A DNA stretch of 60,933 nucleotides, the filler included. It is 8 parts of 8 records of this genome, joined end to end, with 100 filler letters (N's around TTAATTAATTAA, not from the genome) between each part and the next. Parts side by side here need not be neighbours in the genome. Positions count along the whole stretch, not along the records: positions 30,416 to 41,572 come from SRR31156797_61564; positions 41,673 to 47,270 come from SRR31156797_61568; 6 more parts are not named here. One strand, 5' to 3'. Each line of letters starts with the position of its first letter. Position 1 is the first letter of the stretch. Both the position numbers and the translations under genes were made by a program. The notes beneath the pieces were generated by a model that worked only from the letters and a program-made list of their open reading frames with translations, had not been told where the DNA came from and made no database searches. Shown here piece after piece: positions 33,733-43,219 of the stretch.

Positions 33733-34218
33733 ATGAAAAAAAGTGTGAAACTCAGGATTAACCATCGGGATTATGAACTGGCGGTTACGCCCAACGAGAC
33801 CCTCCTGGAGGTACTCAGGGACCGATTGGGATTGACCGGGACCAAAACGGGATGCAACACGGGTGATTGTGGTGCCTGCACGGTTTTGATGGACGGAAAG
33901 CCGGTCAATAGTTGCCTCGTCCTGGCCGTGAGGGCGGAGGATTGTCACATTGCCACGGTGGAAGGGTTGGCCCAAGGAGAGGCCTTGAACCCGCTACAGA
34001 CGGCCTTTCTGGACAAAGGGGCCGTCCAGTGCGGATTCTGCACGCCCGGAATGCTCATGACCGCAACGGGTCTTATTGCTGAAAATCCCAATGCTTCAAA
34101 AGATGAAATCAAGGAGGCTTTGTCCGGCAACCTGTGCCGATGCACCGGATATGTGAAAATCATGGAAGCCGTCGAATCCCTGACCCATAAGGAAAAGCCC
34201 CGGGTAACCGGAGAATAA
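33733..34218 (+). CDS. Xanthine dehydrogenase family 2x[2Fe-2S] (small) subunit
   Basis: GCNTGDCGAC...C and QCGFCTPG...CRCTGY. Confidence 0.93.
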   Translation: MKKSVKLRINHRDYELAVTPNETLLEVLRDRLGLTGTKTGCNTGDCGACTVLMDGKPVNSCLVLAVRAEDCHIATVEGLAQGEALNPLQTAFLDKGAVQCGFCTPGMLMTATGLIAENPNASKDEIKEALSGNLCRCTGYVKIMEAVESLTHKEKPRVTGE

Positions 34219-34234
34219 TCAGTGAGGTGTTTTT

Positions 34235-35626
34235 TTGAAAGATCTTAGACAATGGATGGAAACCTTAAAGCGTGAGGCGCCCGAGGAACTGTTGCGGGTT
34301 CGGAAACGGGTGGATCCCGATGGTTTTGAGGTGACCGCCGTCATGGAAAAAATGGAATCGGAAAAACGGTTTCAATCGGTTTTATTCGAATCTCCGCAAT
34401 CCCATGATCATGGAGACCACGGTTTTCAGCTCCTCCTGAACACCTTCGGCACCTTTCAAAAGATGGCCGTCGCCTTGGATCTCCCGCCCCATGCGTCCAA
34501 AAGCCGGCTCATGGAGGAAATCCTGAAAAGGCAGGACCGGGAGAAAGGTGTGACCGTGATCGCACCCGAGGATGCACCCGTCAAGGAGAATACCGTGAGC
34601 GGGGATGCGGTGAACCTCGATATCCTCCCCATGGTCAGGCACGTGGACATGGATGGGGATTGCTACCTGACGCCCATCGTGGTCTCCAGGAACCCGTTGA
34701 CGGGACGGTATAATGTTTCCTGGAACAGGATGATGTACATGGATCGGAACCATCTGGCCATCTACATGTCGCCCAGGCATTTGTGGTCTTATTCCCGGGA
34801 AGCCGAAGAAAGGAATGAAAATCTCCCCGTGGCCGTGGTCCTGGGTCACCATCCCGCATTCCATATGACAGGTGCCCTTCTGACAGCCATGGACCGGGAT
34901 GAATACCGGGCCGCGTCCAGTTTTCTGGGGGAAGAGATCCGCGTGACGCCTTCCATTGCCTACGGGGATGATCTCCTGATCCCCGCCCATGCGGAGATCG
35001 TCATTGAAGGGGAAATCGTGGCCGGGAAACGGACCGTGGAGGGCCCCTTCGGGGAGTATACCGGATATTCCGGCCCCCAGAGGGTCTCCTGGCTCTTTGA
35101 GGCCAAGGCCATCAATTACAGGTCCGGCGGTATCATCATCGATATCTTTCCCTGTAAGACCGAACATATGAATGCCCACCTTCCCATAGAGGCCAGCCTT
35201 TTGCGGACCATGAAAGGAGCGGTTCCCGGCGTCATGGATACGAGCTGGGTCGATTCCGGCGGCCCCTTGACCATTATCATCAGAATGAAAAAAAGGGTTG
35301 ACGGAGAACCCATGAGGGCTGCCATGGCGGCTTTCAGCGCCAGCAATTTCATCAAGATGGCCATCATCGTCGATGAGGACATCGATCCTTTCAATCTCAA
35401 GGAGGTCATGTGGGCCGTATCCACGCGGGTTCAGCCCGAAGCGGATGTGCAGATCCTGAAAAACCTGCAGGGACACGTTTTGGATCCCTCTTTGAGAAGC
35501 GAAATCGATGGGAGCGGCATGATCATTGACGCCACAAAGCCGTTGGATCGACCGTTCCCCCGAAAAGGGGCCGTACCCGACCACCTGTGGCGGAACATAT
35601 CGCTGAAGGACTACCTCTGTGAATAG
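34235..35626 (+). CDS. UbiD-family prFMN-dependent (de)carboxylase
   Basis: KDLRQW, APVKE, N.SWNR, PRH, EGPFGEYTGY, VDEDIDP, WAVSTR, LDPS, IIDATKP; TTG start. Confidence 0.9.
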   Translation: MKDLRQWMETLKREAPEELLRVRKRVDPDGFEVTAVMEKMESEKRFQSVLFESPQSHDHGDHGFQLLLNTFGTFQKMAVALDLPPHASKSRLMEEILKRQDREKGVTVIAPEDAPVKENTVSGDAVNLDILPMVRHVDMDGDCYLTPIVVSRNPLTGRYNVSWNRMMYMDRNHLAIYMSPRHLWSYSREAEERNENLPVAVVLGHHPAFHMTGALLTAMDRDEYRAASSFLGEEIRVTPSIAYGDDLLIPAHAEIVIEGEIVAGKRTVEGPFGEYTGYSGPQRVSWLFEAKAINYRSGGIIIDIFPCKTEHMNAHLPIEASLLRTMKGAVPGVMDTSWVDSGGPLTIIIRMKKRVDGEPMRAAMAAFSASNFIKMAIIVDEDIDPFNLKEVMWAVSTRVQPEADVQILKNLQGHVLDPSLRSEIDGSGMIIDATKPLDRPFPRKGAVPDHLWRNISLKDYLCE

Positions 35627-35643
35627 AGAGAAAAGGACGCAAG

Positions 35644-35874
35644 ATGGATATCATTAATTTGACCTGCCCCGGATGTTCCGGAAAATATTACGGTGACACG
35701 ACATTACTCTCCCTCGATGTGGAACTGCACTGCCCCTTCTGCGGGTCTTATTTCAAGAGGGAAGAGATAAAAGAGATGGCGGGCGGCGATGGGAAACTAT
35801 CGGCCATTGTTCGGCTCAACCGGAATATGAGCTTTTACCGGCCGAAAGAAGAGAAGCATGGGGAGGAAGCGTGA
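35644..35874 (+). CDS. Small Zn-ribbon protein (CPGC...CPFC)
   Basis: 76 aa with two CxxC motifs; AAGGA SD; fills the gap between UbiD and the Mo subunit. Confidence 0.75.
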   Translation: MDIINLTCPGCSGKYYGDTTLLSLDVELHCPFCGSYFKREEIKEMAGGDGKLSAIVRLNRNMSFYRPKEEKHGEEA

Positions 35875-35877
35875 TCC

Positions 35878-38139
35878 ATGGGGCGGACCGTTGGAAAGCC
35901 ATTTCGGAAGATGGATGCCGAAGACAAACTCAGGGGAAGAGCCCCATATGCAGCCGATTATGGTGCGCCGGGCATGCTCTGGGTCAAGGTCGTGAGAAGT
36001 CATGTGCCCAGGGCGAGAGTTGAAAGGATTGATACGGGTCCGGCCTTGGCCGTATCCGGTGTAAAGGGCGTTTATACCGCAAAAGACATTCCGGGATCCA
36101 ACCGGGTCGGTCCCAGGGTCAAAGATGAATTTCTTCTTTCAGAAGACATGGTTCATGCCGTGGGAGACCCCATGGCCGTCGTGGCCGCTGATTCCAGGGA
36201 AGCCGCGCAGGAAGCGGCGGAACATGTGGAGGTTCGGTTCCGGGAATTGCCGCCCGTTCTGACCATTGAAGAGGCCATCGATTCGGATGCTCCCGAAATT
36301 CACGAGGGGGGGAATCTGGTCAAGGTTCGATCCATTGTGTCGGGTCATGTTGAGGAAGCCCTTGGATCGGCCCCTATCGTGATCTCAAATACTTATACCA
36401 CCCAGATGATCGAACATGCCTATATGGAGCCCGAAGCCGCCTTTGCGGCTTACGAGAACGGCAAACTGACCGTCCGGATGCCCAGCAAGTACATCAATGC
36501 GGATCATGGGGAATTGGCTTCCATTCTCAACCTGGAACCGGCCGATCTCCGGCTTGTCTTATCCACGGTGGGGGGGTATTTCGGGGGTAAGTCCGGCATT
36601 TCACCGGCCTATTACTGTGCCCTGGTGACCCGTCTTACGGGCAGGCCTTCCAAGATGGTCTATACCCGTGAGGAGTCCTTCATCTCATCCACCAAGCGAC
36701 ACCCCTGTATCATCGAACATACCCTGGGTGCGGGGATCGACGGTCGGCTCATGGCGGCCAAAATCAGAATCCTGGCCGACGCCGGGGCCTATACGGGGTT
36801 CAGCCCTTCCGTATTGTCCCGGGCCGCTGTTCACGCGGCAGGCCCCTATGAGGTCCCCAATGTCTCCGTGGATGCCTATATGGTCCATACCAATAATATC
36901 AACAGCGGTGCCATGAGGGGCTTCGGGGTTCCCCAGACAGCCTTTGCCCATGAAGCCCAGATGGATCTCCTGGCTGCCAGAATCGGCATGGATCCCGTGC
37001 TCCTTAGAAAAATGAATTTTCTCAAAAAAGGCTCAAAAACCATCACGGGTCAGCCATTGGCGTACGGCCCGGGCCTGGAGAAAACCTGCCATGAAGTGGC
37101 CTCCCGGATTCGAAAGGAGAGGCAACCATCGGACCCGAACCATGAGCGGTATGTGTACGGGTGGGGGGTGGCCTCCATGTACTACGGCATCGGGTCCACC
37201 GGCGTTCCGAACCCGGCCCATGTGGCCCTAGAGTGCCGTGGGGACGGTACGGTGGAGATTCTGGCGGGCATCACCGACGGAGGGCAGGGGGCCGCAACGG
37301 CGCTGAGCCAGATCGTTTCGGAAAGTCTGGGAATTCCCTTTGAAATGATCCGCTTCAAGCAACCCTCCACGGATGTGACGCCGGACAGCGGTACTTCCAC
37401 GGCAAGCCGCTTGACCTATGTGGTGGGTAGAGCCCTGTATGAGGCGGGGCGTTCACTCAAAAAAAAATGGATCAGCTATGCGGCCCGGCTCCTTTGTTGT
37501 CCCGCCGAATCGGTGCGTTTTGAGGAAGGGCTTTTTTACGTGGAGCATGGAACCGCGAAAATGTCCCTTACCCGGCTTATGGAGCGTGGAATAAAAGAAG
37601 GCATTACCTTTCGGACCGAGGGTCGTTTTGATCCCCATACCACCGCCCTGGATCCGGAGTCGGGTCAGGGGGTCCCCTATGGTGCCTATGCTTTTGCCAC
37701 CCAGGGCGCCTCGGTCCGGGTGGATCGCAAAACCGGCCGGGTGGAGGTCCTGAAGGTGGTTGCGGCCCATGATGTGGGAAAAGCCGTCAATCCCAACACC
37801 ATTGAGGCCCAGGTGGAGGGCGGGGTCGTCATGGGGATGGGTTACGGCATCATGGAGCAGGTGAAGCGGGAGAAGGGAACGATTCTGAACCCGGGATTTC
37901 ACGGATACCTGATCCCCACCTCCATGGATATCCCTGAAATTGAAACCATTATCGTGGAGGATCCGGAACCGACGGGTCCCTACGGGGCAAAAGGGCTCGG
38001 CGAACCGGTGCTGATCCCCACGGCCCCCGCCGTCCGGAATGCCGTTAGCAGGGCCACGGGGTGCCAGTTTTTTGAACTCCCCCTGACCCCTGAAAAAGTC
38101 TGGAGCGGCATGTGCTCGTCTGTTGAGGTGAATGAATGA
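35878..38139 (+). CDS. Xanthine dehydrogenase family molybdopterin-binding (large) subunit
   Basis: EHAYMEPE, GGYFGGK, GPYEVPN, AMRGFGVPQ, GQG, ASRLT, GAKGLGEP. Confidence 0.92.
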   Translation: MGRTVGKPFRKMDAEDKLRGRAPYAADYGAPGMLWVKVVRSHVPRARVERIDTGPALAVSGVKGVYTAKDIPGSNRVGPRVKDEFLLSEDMVHAVGDPMAVVAADSREAAQEAAEHVEVRFRELPPVLTIEEAIDSDAPEIHEGGNLVKVRSIVSGHVEEALGSAPIVISNTYTTQMIEHAYMEPEAAFAAYENGKLTVRMPSKYINADHGELASILNLEPADLRLVLSTVGGYFGGKSGISPAYYCALVTRLTGRPSKMVYTREESFISSTKRHPCIIEHTLGAGIDGRLMAAKIRILADAGAYTGFSPSVLSRAAVHAAGPYEVPNVSVDAYMVHTNNINSGAMRGFGVPQTAFAHEAQMDLLAARIGMDPVLLRKMNFLKKGSKTITGQPLAYGPGLEKTCHEVASRIRKERQPSDPNHERYVYGWGVASMYYGIGSTGVPNPAHVALECRGDGTVEILAGITDGGQGAATALSQIVSESLGIPFEMIRFKQPSTDVTPDSGTSTASRLTYVVGRALYEAGRSLKKKWISYAARLLCCPAESVRFEEGLFYVEHGTAKMSLTRLMERGIKEGITFRTEGRFDPHTTALDPESGQGVPYGAYAFATQGASVRVDRKTGRVEVLKVVAAHDVGKAVNPNTIEAQVEGGVVMGMGYGIMEQVKREKGTILNPGFHGYLIPTSMDIPEIETIIVEDPEPTGPYGAKGLGEPVLIPTAPAVRNAVSRATGCQFFELPLTPEKVWSGMCSSVEVNE

Positions 38140-40040
38140 AAAGCTATGGCTGGAATGAATTTTGGACGTCCAGGCACTGGTCTCAGAAGGTGGCGGCCGT
38201 TGTGGCCGTGACCCTTACGGTTTTCCAGATCGCCACGGCCCTATTCGGAGCCTTTGATGCCATCATACAAAGGAGCATCCATCTGGGCCTCGGTTTGGTT
38301 TTGGTGTTTTTGGTCCATGCCTGGGGAAAGAAAAAAGGGAGACCGTTGCCGAACGGGCTGGATTGGGTTCTCATCCTTTTCTCCATTCTCTGTATCGGAT
38401 ACCTTCTGACCCACTATGAATGGGTCATGGTGGAACGTTTCAGGTTGATCACGCCCTTAGCGTGGTATGAAAAGATCCTGGGTGTGGCCATGATTGTTCT
38501 GGTGGTGGAGGCCACGCGGCGGGTTTTCGGTAAAGCCCTCTTCTATGTTGTTCTGGCCTTTATGGTCTACCCCTTTGCGGGTCCCTACCTGCCCGGTTTT
38601 CTTCACATGGCGCCGCTCTCATGGTTGGATCTGGTGGATTTCAACTATCTTTCGCTGGGCGGCATCTTCGGTGTCCCCTTGGGCGTTTCCGCCACGGAAA
38701 TCGCTCTTTTCATCATCTTCGGTTCCATCCTCATGCATACGGGAGGATCTCAGCTTTTCAGCAATCTTGCCTCCGGGCTGACCGGACGCATGGCGGGCGG
38801 ACCGGCCAAGGTGGCCATCATCGCCAGTTCCCTCATGGGCACCATTACAGGGAGCGGCGCCGCCAATGTGGCCACCACCGGGAGCGTTACCATCCCCATG
38901 ATGAAAAAGGCCGGCTATAAGCCCGAGTTCGCCGGTGCCGTGGAGGCCCTATCTTCAACGGGGGGGCAGCTCATGCCGCCCGTTATGGGTGCTGCCGCCT
39001 TCGTTATGGCGGCTTTCAGCGGCATCCCCTACCGAACCATCCTCGGTTATGCCCTGTTTCCGGCCATCCTCTTTTTCGTGTGTGTTTTCGTCTCGGTTCA
39101 TCTGGAGGCCAAAAAATACAACCTCTCCGGCGCTGAACCGGAACAATCATTTAAAAAGACTCTGAAAGATTACGGCCATATGATCATCCCCATCGGGGTT
39201 TTGGTCTATATACTGCTTGCCGGTTATTCGCCGCGGCTTGCGGGGGGGTATGGCGTTATCAGCGCCATCCTGGCTTGTCAGTGCCGACGGACCACCCGTC
39301 TGAGCATGCCCGGGCTCCTTTCGGCCCTGGAAGACGGGGCCAAGGGGATGCTCATTGTAGTGATCTCCACGGCGGCCGCGGGCATCATTGTGGGGATTGT
39401 GGATCTCAGCGGCCTCGGGAATCGCCTGGGGACCGTCTTTATCGATCTGGCCGCCGGAAATCTCCTGGTGGGGCTCATTTTAGGGATGCTCATCGCACTC
39501 CTTTTAGGCCTTGGAATACCCACGACCCCGGCCTACATCGTTCAGGTGGCAACGGTCATTCCCGCCCTCATCGCCTTGGGGTTACCCGACTACGTGGCCC
39601 ATCTTTTCGCTTTTTACTATTCCTGCCTGTCGTTGATTTCACCCCCCGTTGCCGCCGCGGCTTTTACGGCGGCCGCCATTGCCAAGGCGGACGGCTGGAA
39701 AACGGGCTGGATATCCATGAGAATCGGCGTGGTGGCCTTTGTGGTGCCCATCATGTTTGCCTATGACCAGGCTCTGCTTTTGGTGGGGCCTTTCTGGAAG
39801 ATCGTCCTGGTGGTTTTGACCGCGTGCCTGGGCACATCCTGTTTTGCCATTGCGGGAGAAGGATATCTCATGCGGCATCTCACGTGGTTTGAGCGGATGG
39901 TGGCTTTGGTGGCGGCGCTCCTGCTGATTTATCCCTCATTAACCAACAGTTTGGTGGGCCTAGGTCTGTTCGGCCTGCTGCTCGTGATGCAAATTTACGG
40001 CCGGGATCCCATGGCGCGGGCGAAAGTATCCCGATCATGA
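38136..40040 (+). CDS. TRAP transporter fused permease (4TM/12TM)
   Basis: EATRR, GIFGVPL, GGPAKVA, ANVATTGSVTIP, STGGQLMPPVMGAAAF. Confidence 0.92.
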   Translation: MKSYGWNEFWTSRHWSQKVAAVVAVTLTVFQIATALFGAFDAIIQRSIHLGLGLVLVFLVHAWGKKKGRPLPNGLDWVLILFSILCIGYLLTHYEWVMVERFRLITPLAWYEKILGVAMIVLVVEATRRVFGKALFYVVLAFMVYPFAGPYLPGFLHMAPLSWLDLVDFNYLSLGGIFGVPLGVSATEIALFIIFGSILMHTGGSQLFSNLASGLTGRMAGGPAKVAIIASSLMGTITGSGAANVATTGSVTIPMMKKAGYKPEFAGAVEALSSTGGQLMPPVMGAAAFVMAAFSGIPYRTILGYALFPAILFFVCVFVSVHLEAKKYNLSGAEPEQSFKKTLKDYGHMIIPIGVLVYILLAGYSPRLAGGYGVISAILACQCRRTTRLSMPGLLSALEDGAKGMLIVVISTAAAGIIVGIVDLSGLGNRLGTVFIDLAAGNLLVGLILGMLIALLLGLGIPTTPAYIVQVATVIPALIALGLPDYVAHLFAFYYSCLSLISPPVAAAAFTAAAIAKADGWKTGWISMRIGVVAFVVPIMFAYDQALLLVGPFWKIVLVVLTACLGTSCFAIAGEGYLMRHLTWFERMVALVAALLLIYPSLTNSLVGLGLFGLLLVMQIYGRDPMARAKVSRS

Positions 40041-40059
40041 ATGAGCGGCAAAAGGCCCA

Positions 40060-40095
40060 TGGGTCTGATTTGGGGTCTGATTCGGGGTCTGATTT
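40060..40095 (+). repeat. Three tandem ~12-bp repeats GGGGTCTGATT(T/C)
   Basis: TGGGTCTGATTT-GGGGTCTGATTC-GGGGTCTGATTT. Confidence 0.85.
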
Positions 40096-40160
40096 GCATA
40101 TCACGTAACCGTAAACCCGTTGTACCAACGAAGTGAAAGGCTTGAAAGGAGGAGAAAGGT

Positions 40161-41129
40161 ATGTTGAGGATGGGTAGGTTTTTCAAGATTTGTCTGGTTT
40201 TGGCCGTTTTTTTTACGGTGGGTGGCTTGGCTAAGGGGGCATCCGCATATGAAATTCGCTGGGGAACGGCGCCCGCGGGGGGTGTATGGCAGGCCCTGGG
40301 AACCGCCATGTTGAACGATGCCCTGAAGGCGAATCCGGATCTCAAGGGCTCCACTCTGCCCCTGGGGGGAGCGGCCAATGTGGTGGCCATCAATGTGGGG
40401 AAACTGAATGTATGCTTTTCCTTCTCCACCATGGCGGCGGAAGCCTGGGACGGGATCGCCTTTTTCAAGAAATACGGGGAAATGAAAAACATCCGGGGTC
40501 TTGCGGTCCTGTTTCCGGAGCCGACCCAGTTCGCGGTCTGGGCCGATTCCGGGATCGATGACGTCACACAGTTAAAAGGAAAATCAATGACGCCGGGGCC
40601 CAAAGGTTCCGCCATCGCACCCGTAACAAAGTATGTGCTGGAGGCCTACGGTTTGACCTTCAAGGATTTCAAGACCCGGTATATGAGTTTCAGAGAGGCC
40701 GGGCAGCAGATGATCGACGGTCATATCGATGCCATCCTGTACGGCGCCATGGCCTATCCGGCACCACCGCTCATTGCTGCCGGGAGCAGGCGGCAGATCA
40801 AACTCCTTTCTTTGTCGGACGATGCCATCGCGAGCGTGCTGAAGGCCCACAAGGGGCTGGATCCCTATACCCTGGCCAAGGGTTCCTATAAGGGCGTGGA
40901 TTATCCGGTGAAAGGGATTGTCGCCTATGTGGTGGTCCTTTGCAGCAAGGATATGCCGGATGAGGCGGCTTACGGTATCGCAAAGAGCATTTCGGAAAAT
41001 TTCGACAGTTATAAGACCATTTCAAAAGCCATCGCTCTCGGTAAAAAGGAGGATATGGGAAAAAATGTGGGGATTCCCATGCATGCCGGGGCCCTGAAGT
41101 ATTACAAGGAGAAGGGGTGGGTTCATTAA
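40161..41129 (+). CDS. TAXI-family TRAP solute-binding protein
   Basis: Signal peptide, GTAPAGGVW, NIRGLAVLFPE, GIPMHAGALKYYKEKG. Confidence 0.9.
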   Translation: MLRMGRFFKICLVLAVFFTVGGLAKGASAYEIRWGTAPAGGVWQALGTAMLNDALKANPDLKGSTLPLGGAANVVAINVGKLNVCFSFSTMAAEAWDGIAFFKKYGEMKNIRGLAVLFPEPTQFAVWADSGIDDVTQLKGKSMTPGPKGSAIAPVTKYVLEAYGLTFKDFKTRYMSFREAGQQMIDGHIDAILYGAMAYPAPPLIAAGSRRQIKLLSLSDDAIASVLKAHKGLDPYTLAKGSYKGVDYPVKGIVAYVVVLCSKDMPDEAAYGIAKSISENFDSYKTISKAIALGKKEDMGKNVGIPMHAGALKYYKEKGWVH

Positions 41130-41156
41130 GGTACCGATCCGACTTCTTCAGCACCG

Positions 41157-41198
41157 ACCGTGAGCTGGGCTTCGGCCCTGCTCACGGTTATGGTTTTT
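41157..41198 (+). terminator. Stem-loop after the TAXI gene (terminator or stabiliser)
   Basis: ACCGTGAGC-TGGGC-TTCG-GCCC-TGCTCACGGT followed by an imperfect T-rich tract. Confidence 0.5.
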
Positions 41199-41223
41199 GA
41201 AAAAGGAAAAAAGGAGGAGAATC

Positions 41224-41572
41224 ATGCCCGAAAGGGTCGAGGTTACCGTTCTTGTGGACAATTATATTGACATTTTTATTCCGTCCACTGAAATTACCGC
41301 ATATCCCGTCCCCGGGAACGGCTCCATGTTGTGGGCCGAGCAGGGACTTTCCCTCTGGATCCAAGTCTGGAATCGGGGAGAAAAATTCAGCCTTCTTTAT
41401 GACTTCGGAAGGAGTGAAGAGGTCCCGCTCCGCAATGCTCAACTTTTGGGGCTGGATTTCAGCGGTTTGGATGCCATGGCCCTGAGTCATGGGCACATCG
41501 ACCATTACGGTTGTCTGCTCCCGGTTCTTCAAAAAACAAAGGAGGAATGCCGTCTTTTTTGTCATCCCAAAG
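41224..41572 (+). CDS. MBL-fold metallo-hydrolase, 3'-truncated
   Basis: TVLVDN, AEQGLS, LYDFG, LSHGHIDHYG; AGGAGG SD. Confidence 0.85.
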
Positions 41573-41672
41573 NNNNNNNNNNNNNNNNNNNNNNNNNNNN
41601 NNNNNNNNNNNNNNNNTTAATTAATTAANNNNNNNNNNNNNNNNNNNNNNNNNNNNNNNNNNNNNNNNNNNN
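41573..41672. other. Artificial contig spacer
   Basis: N-run + TTAATTAATTAA + N-run. Confidence 0.99.
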
Positions 41673-42203
41673 GATCTTATTCTTTGTATCCAGGTCCAAT
41701 TCGGAAAATGTTTTATTCAATGGTTCATAATAAAAAACGGGGTCGTACCCAAATCCATCTTCCCCGTGTTGTTCTTCAAGTATACGACCTTCGACTGAAC
41801 CGTGAACGCTCCATTCTTCTTTATTGTCAACAAAGGCGATGGTTGTACGGAAGCGAGCGCCACGAAGTTCCTGCTTTAAGTCGTTTAGTTCAGATAATAA
41901 CTTGTTAACATTGTCTTGATATGATACGTTTTCTCCGGCGAATCTGCTTGAATATACTCCAGGGGCTCCGTCAAGTGCATCAACCTCCAGTCCGGTATCG
42001 TCTGCAACGGTCGGCAAACCGGTAAATTCATGAATTTCCCGAGCCTTTTTAAAGGCATTTTCTTCAAGTGTTTCACCATCTTCAACAACATCCGGAAGCT
42101 CGGGATAATCTTCAAGGGTTTTTAGGCAAATAGTTGCCCCGAGCTTACTTTTAAACTCTTTTATCTTATCGCGATTATGTGTTGCTAAAATATACGTTTT
42201 CAT
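41673..42203 (-). CDS. rdgB: Non-canonical purine NTP pyrophosphatase, 3'-truncated
   Basis: LATHNRDKIKE, ADDTGLEVDALDGAPGVYSSR, GFGYDPVF. Confidence 0.92.
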
Positions 42204-42245
42204 TTCATACCCACAATTGCAAAGAATTTAGCATTCATGGGCATA

Positions 42246-43193
42246 TTATTCAACATATTTCCTTTTTAATGCAAGTTTAAGCAATATGGGATAATGATCC
42301 GAATATCCACCCAGATTCTTAACACCCTTATAATATCTTAAGGGGCCGTTGGTCGCTTTTTCTCTGATCCAATGCGGCGCAATGGTTGAGCATTCATTGA
42401 TCTCTATGCCGGCGTTTTCAAAATTCGCGCATAAAAAATGATCAAAATGTATCCATTCTCCATTATGATAATATGTTCCCTTCACATTTTGCGGCATTGT
42501 TTTTTCCAAATAAGTGACTTTCGGGTGAGAGCATAATATCTCCAAACACGAGTCCTTTTTGTCGTCATTGAAATCACCTGTCATAACTATACAATGGTTA
42601 GGGTGCTCCTTCAGGGTTAGATCCAGTGCTTGGACCAGTACTCCCGCAGCATAATTTCGGAATTTATCCGAGAACTGTTTACCACCTCTTCTGGATGGCC
42701 AATGATTGATAAACACTGACAATGTATCACTGCTCTCGGATAGAGCCAGATCAACCCGCATAACAGGGCGACTATGATAGCCGCGCTCTTCAATATAAAC
42801 GGGATAATATTGATGTCCACAATAAATAAGTTTATCTTTTCTGTACATTAATGCAGGATCGATCCCCCGGATATCTTTTCCCTCATCTATAACAATACGC
42901 CAGTCTTCGGAATGAGAAAGCTCCTTGCGAAGATGCTCAAGTGCGTTTCTGTTTTCCACTTCCACCATGGCTAGAATGTGTGGATCGAGATGATCTATCA
43001 CATCGGCCAAATGCTGAACTTTTAAACAAAAGCTTCTGTAGGTATAACGTTTAATGCCGCCGGGAAGAAAAGCTTCATCTTTCTTTTTCGGATCATCCAG
43101 AATATCAAACAAATTTTCAACATTCCAGAACATCAGCTTAAGTTCACCTGCAAAACAAAATGAAATCAACAGGAATAGGAACAGCTTTTTCAT
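42246..43193 (-). CDS. Endonuclease/exonuclease/phosphatase family secreted protein
   Basis: WNVENLFD, EVEN, RGID, NHWPSR, GDFND, SDHYP. Confidence 0.88.
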   Translation of the reverse strand: MKKLFLFLLISFCFAGELKLMFWNVENLFDILDDPKKKDEAFLPGGIKRYTYRSFCLKVQHLADVIDHLDPHILAMVEVENRNALEHLRKELSHSEDWRIVIDEGKDIRGIDPALMYRKDKLIYCGHQYYPVYIEERGYHSRPVMRVDLALSESSDTLSVFINHWPSRRGGKQFSDKFRNYAAGVLVQALDLTLKEHPNHCIVMTGDFNDDKKDSCLEILCSHPKVTYLEKTMPQNVKGTYYHNGEWIHFDHFLCANFENAGIEINECSTIAPHWIREKATNGPLRYYKGVKNLGGYSDHYPILLKLALKRKYVE

Positions 43194-43219
43194 AACATCC
43201 CCCTCGATGTATTTTAAGC

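Noticed and set aside
34382-35584. 400-aa antisense ORF over UbiD (and similar ones over pyk, ileS and the response regulator)
   Set aside because: Antisense shadows of well-supported genes.
35872-35880. Zn-ribbon TGA is in frame with the Mo subunit ATG (TGA TCC ATG), suggesting selenocysteine read-through
   Set aside because: One-in-three chance by itself. The position is a linker, no convincing SECIS hairpin follows, and the Mo subunit has its own GGAGG SD.
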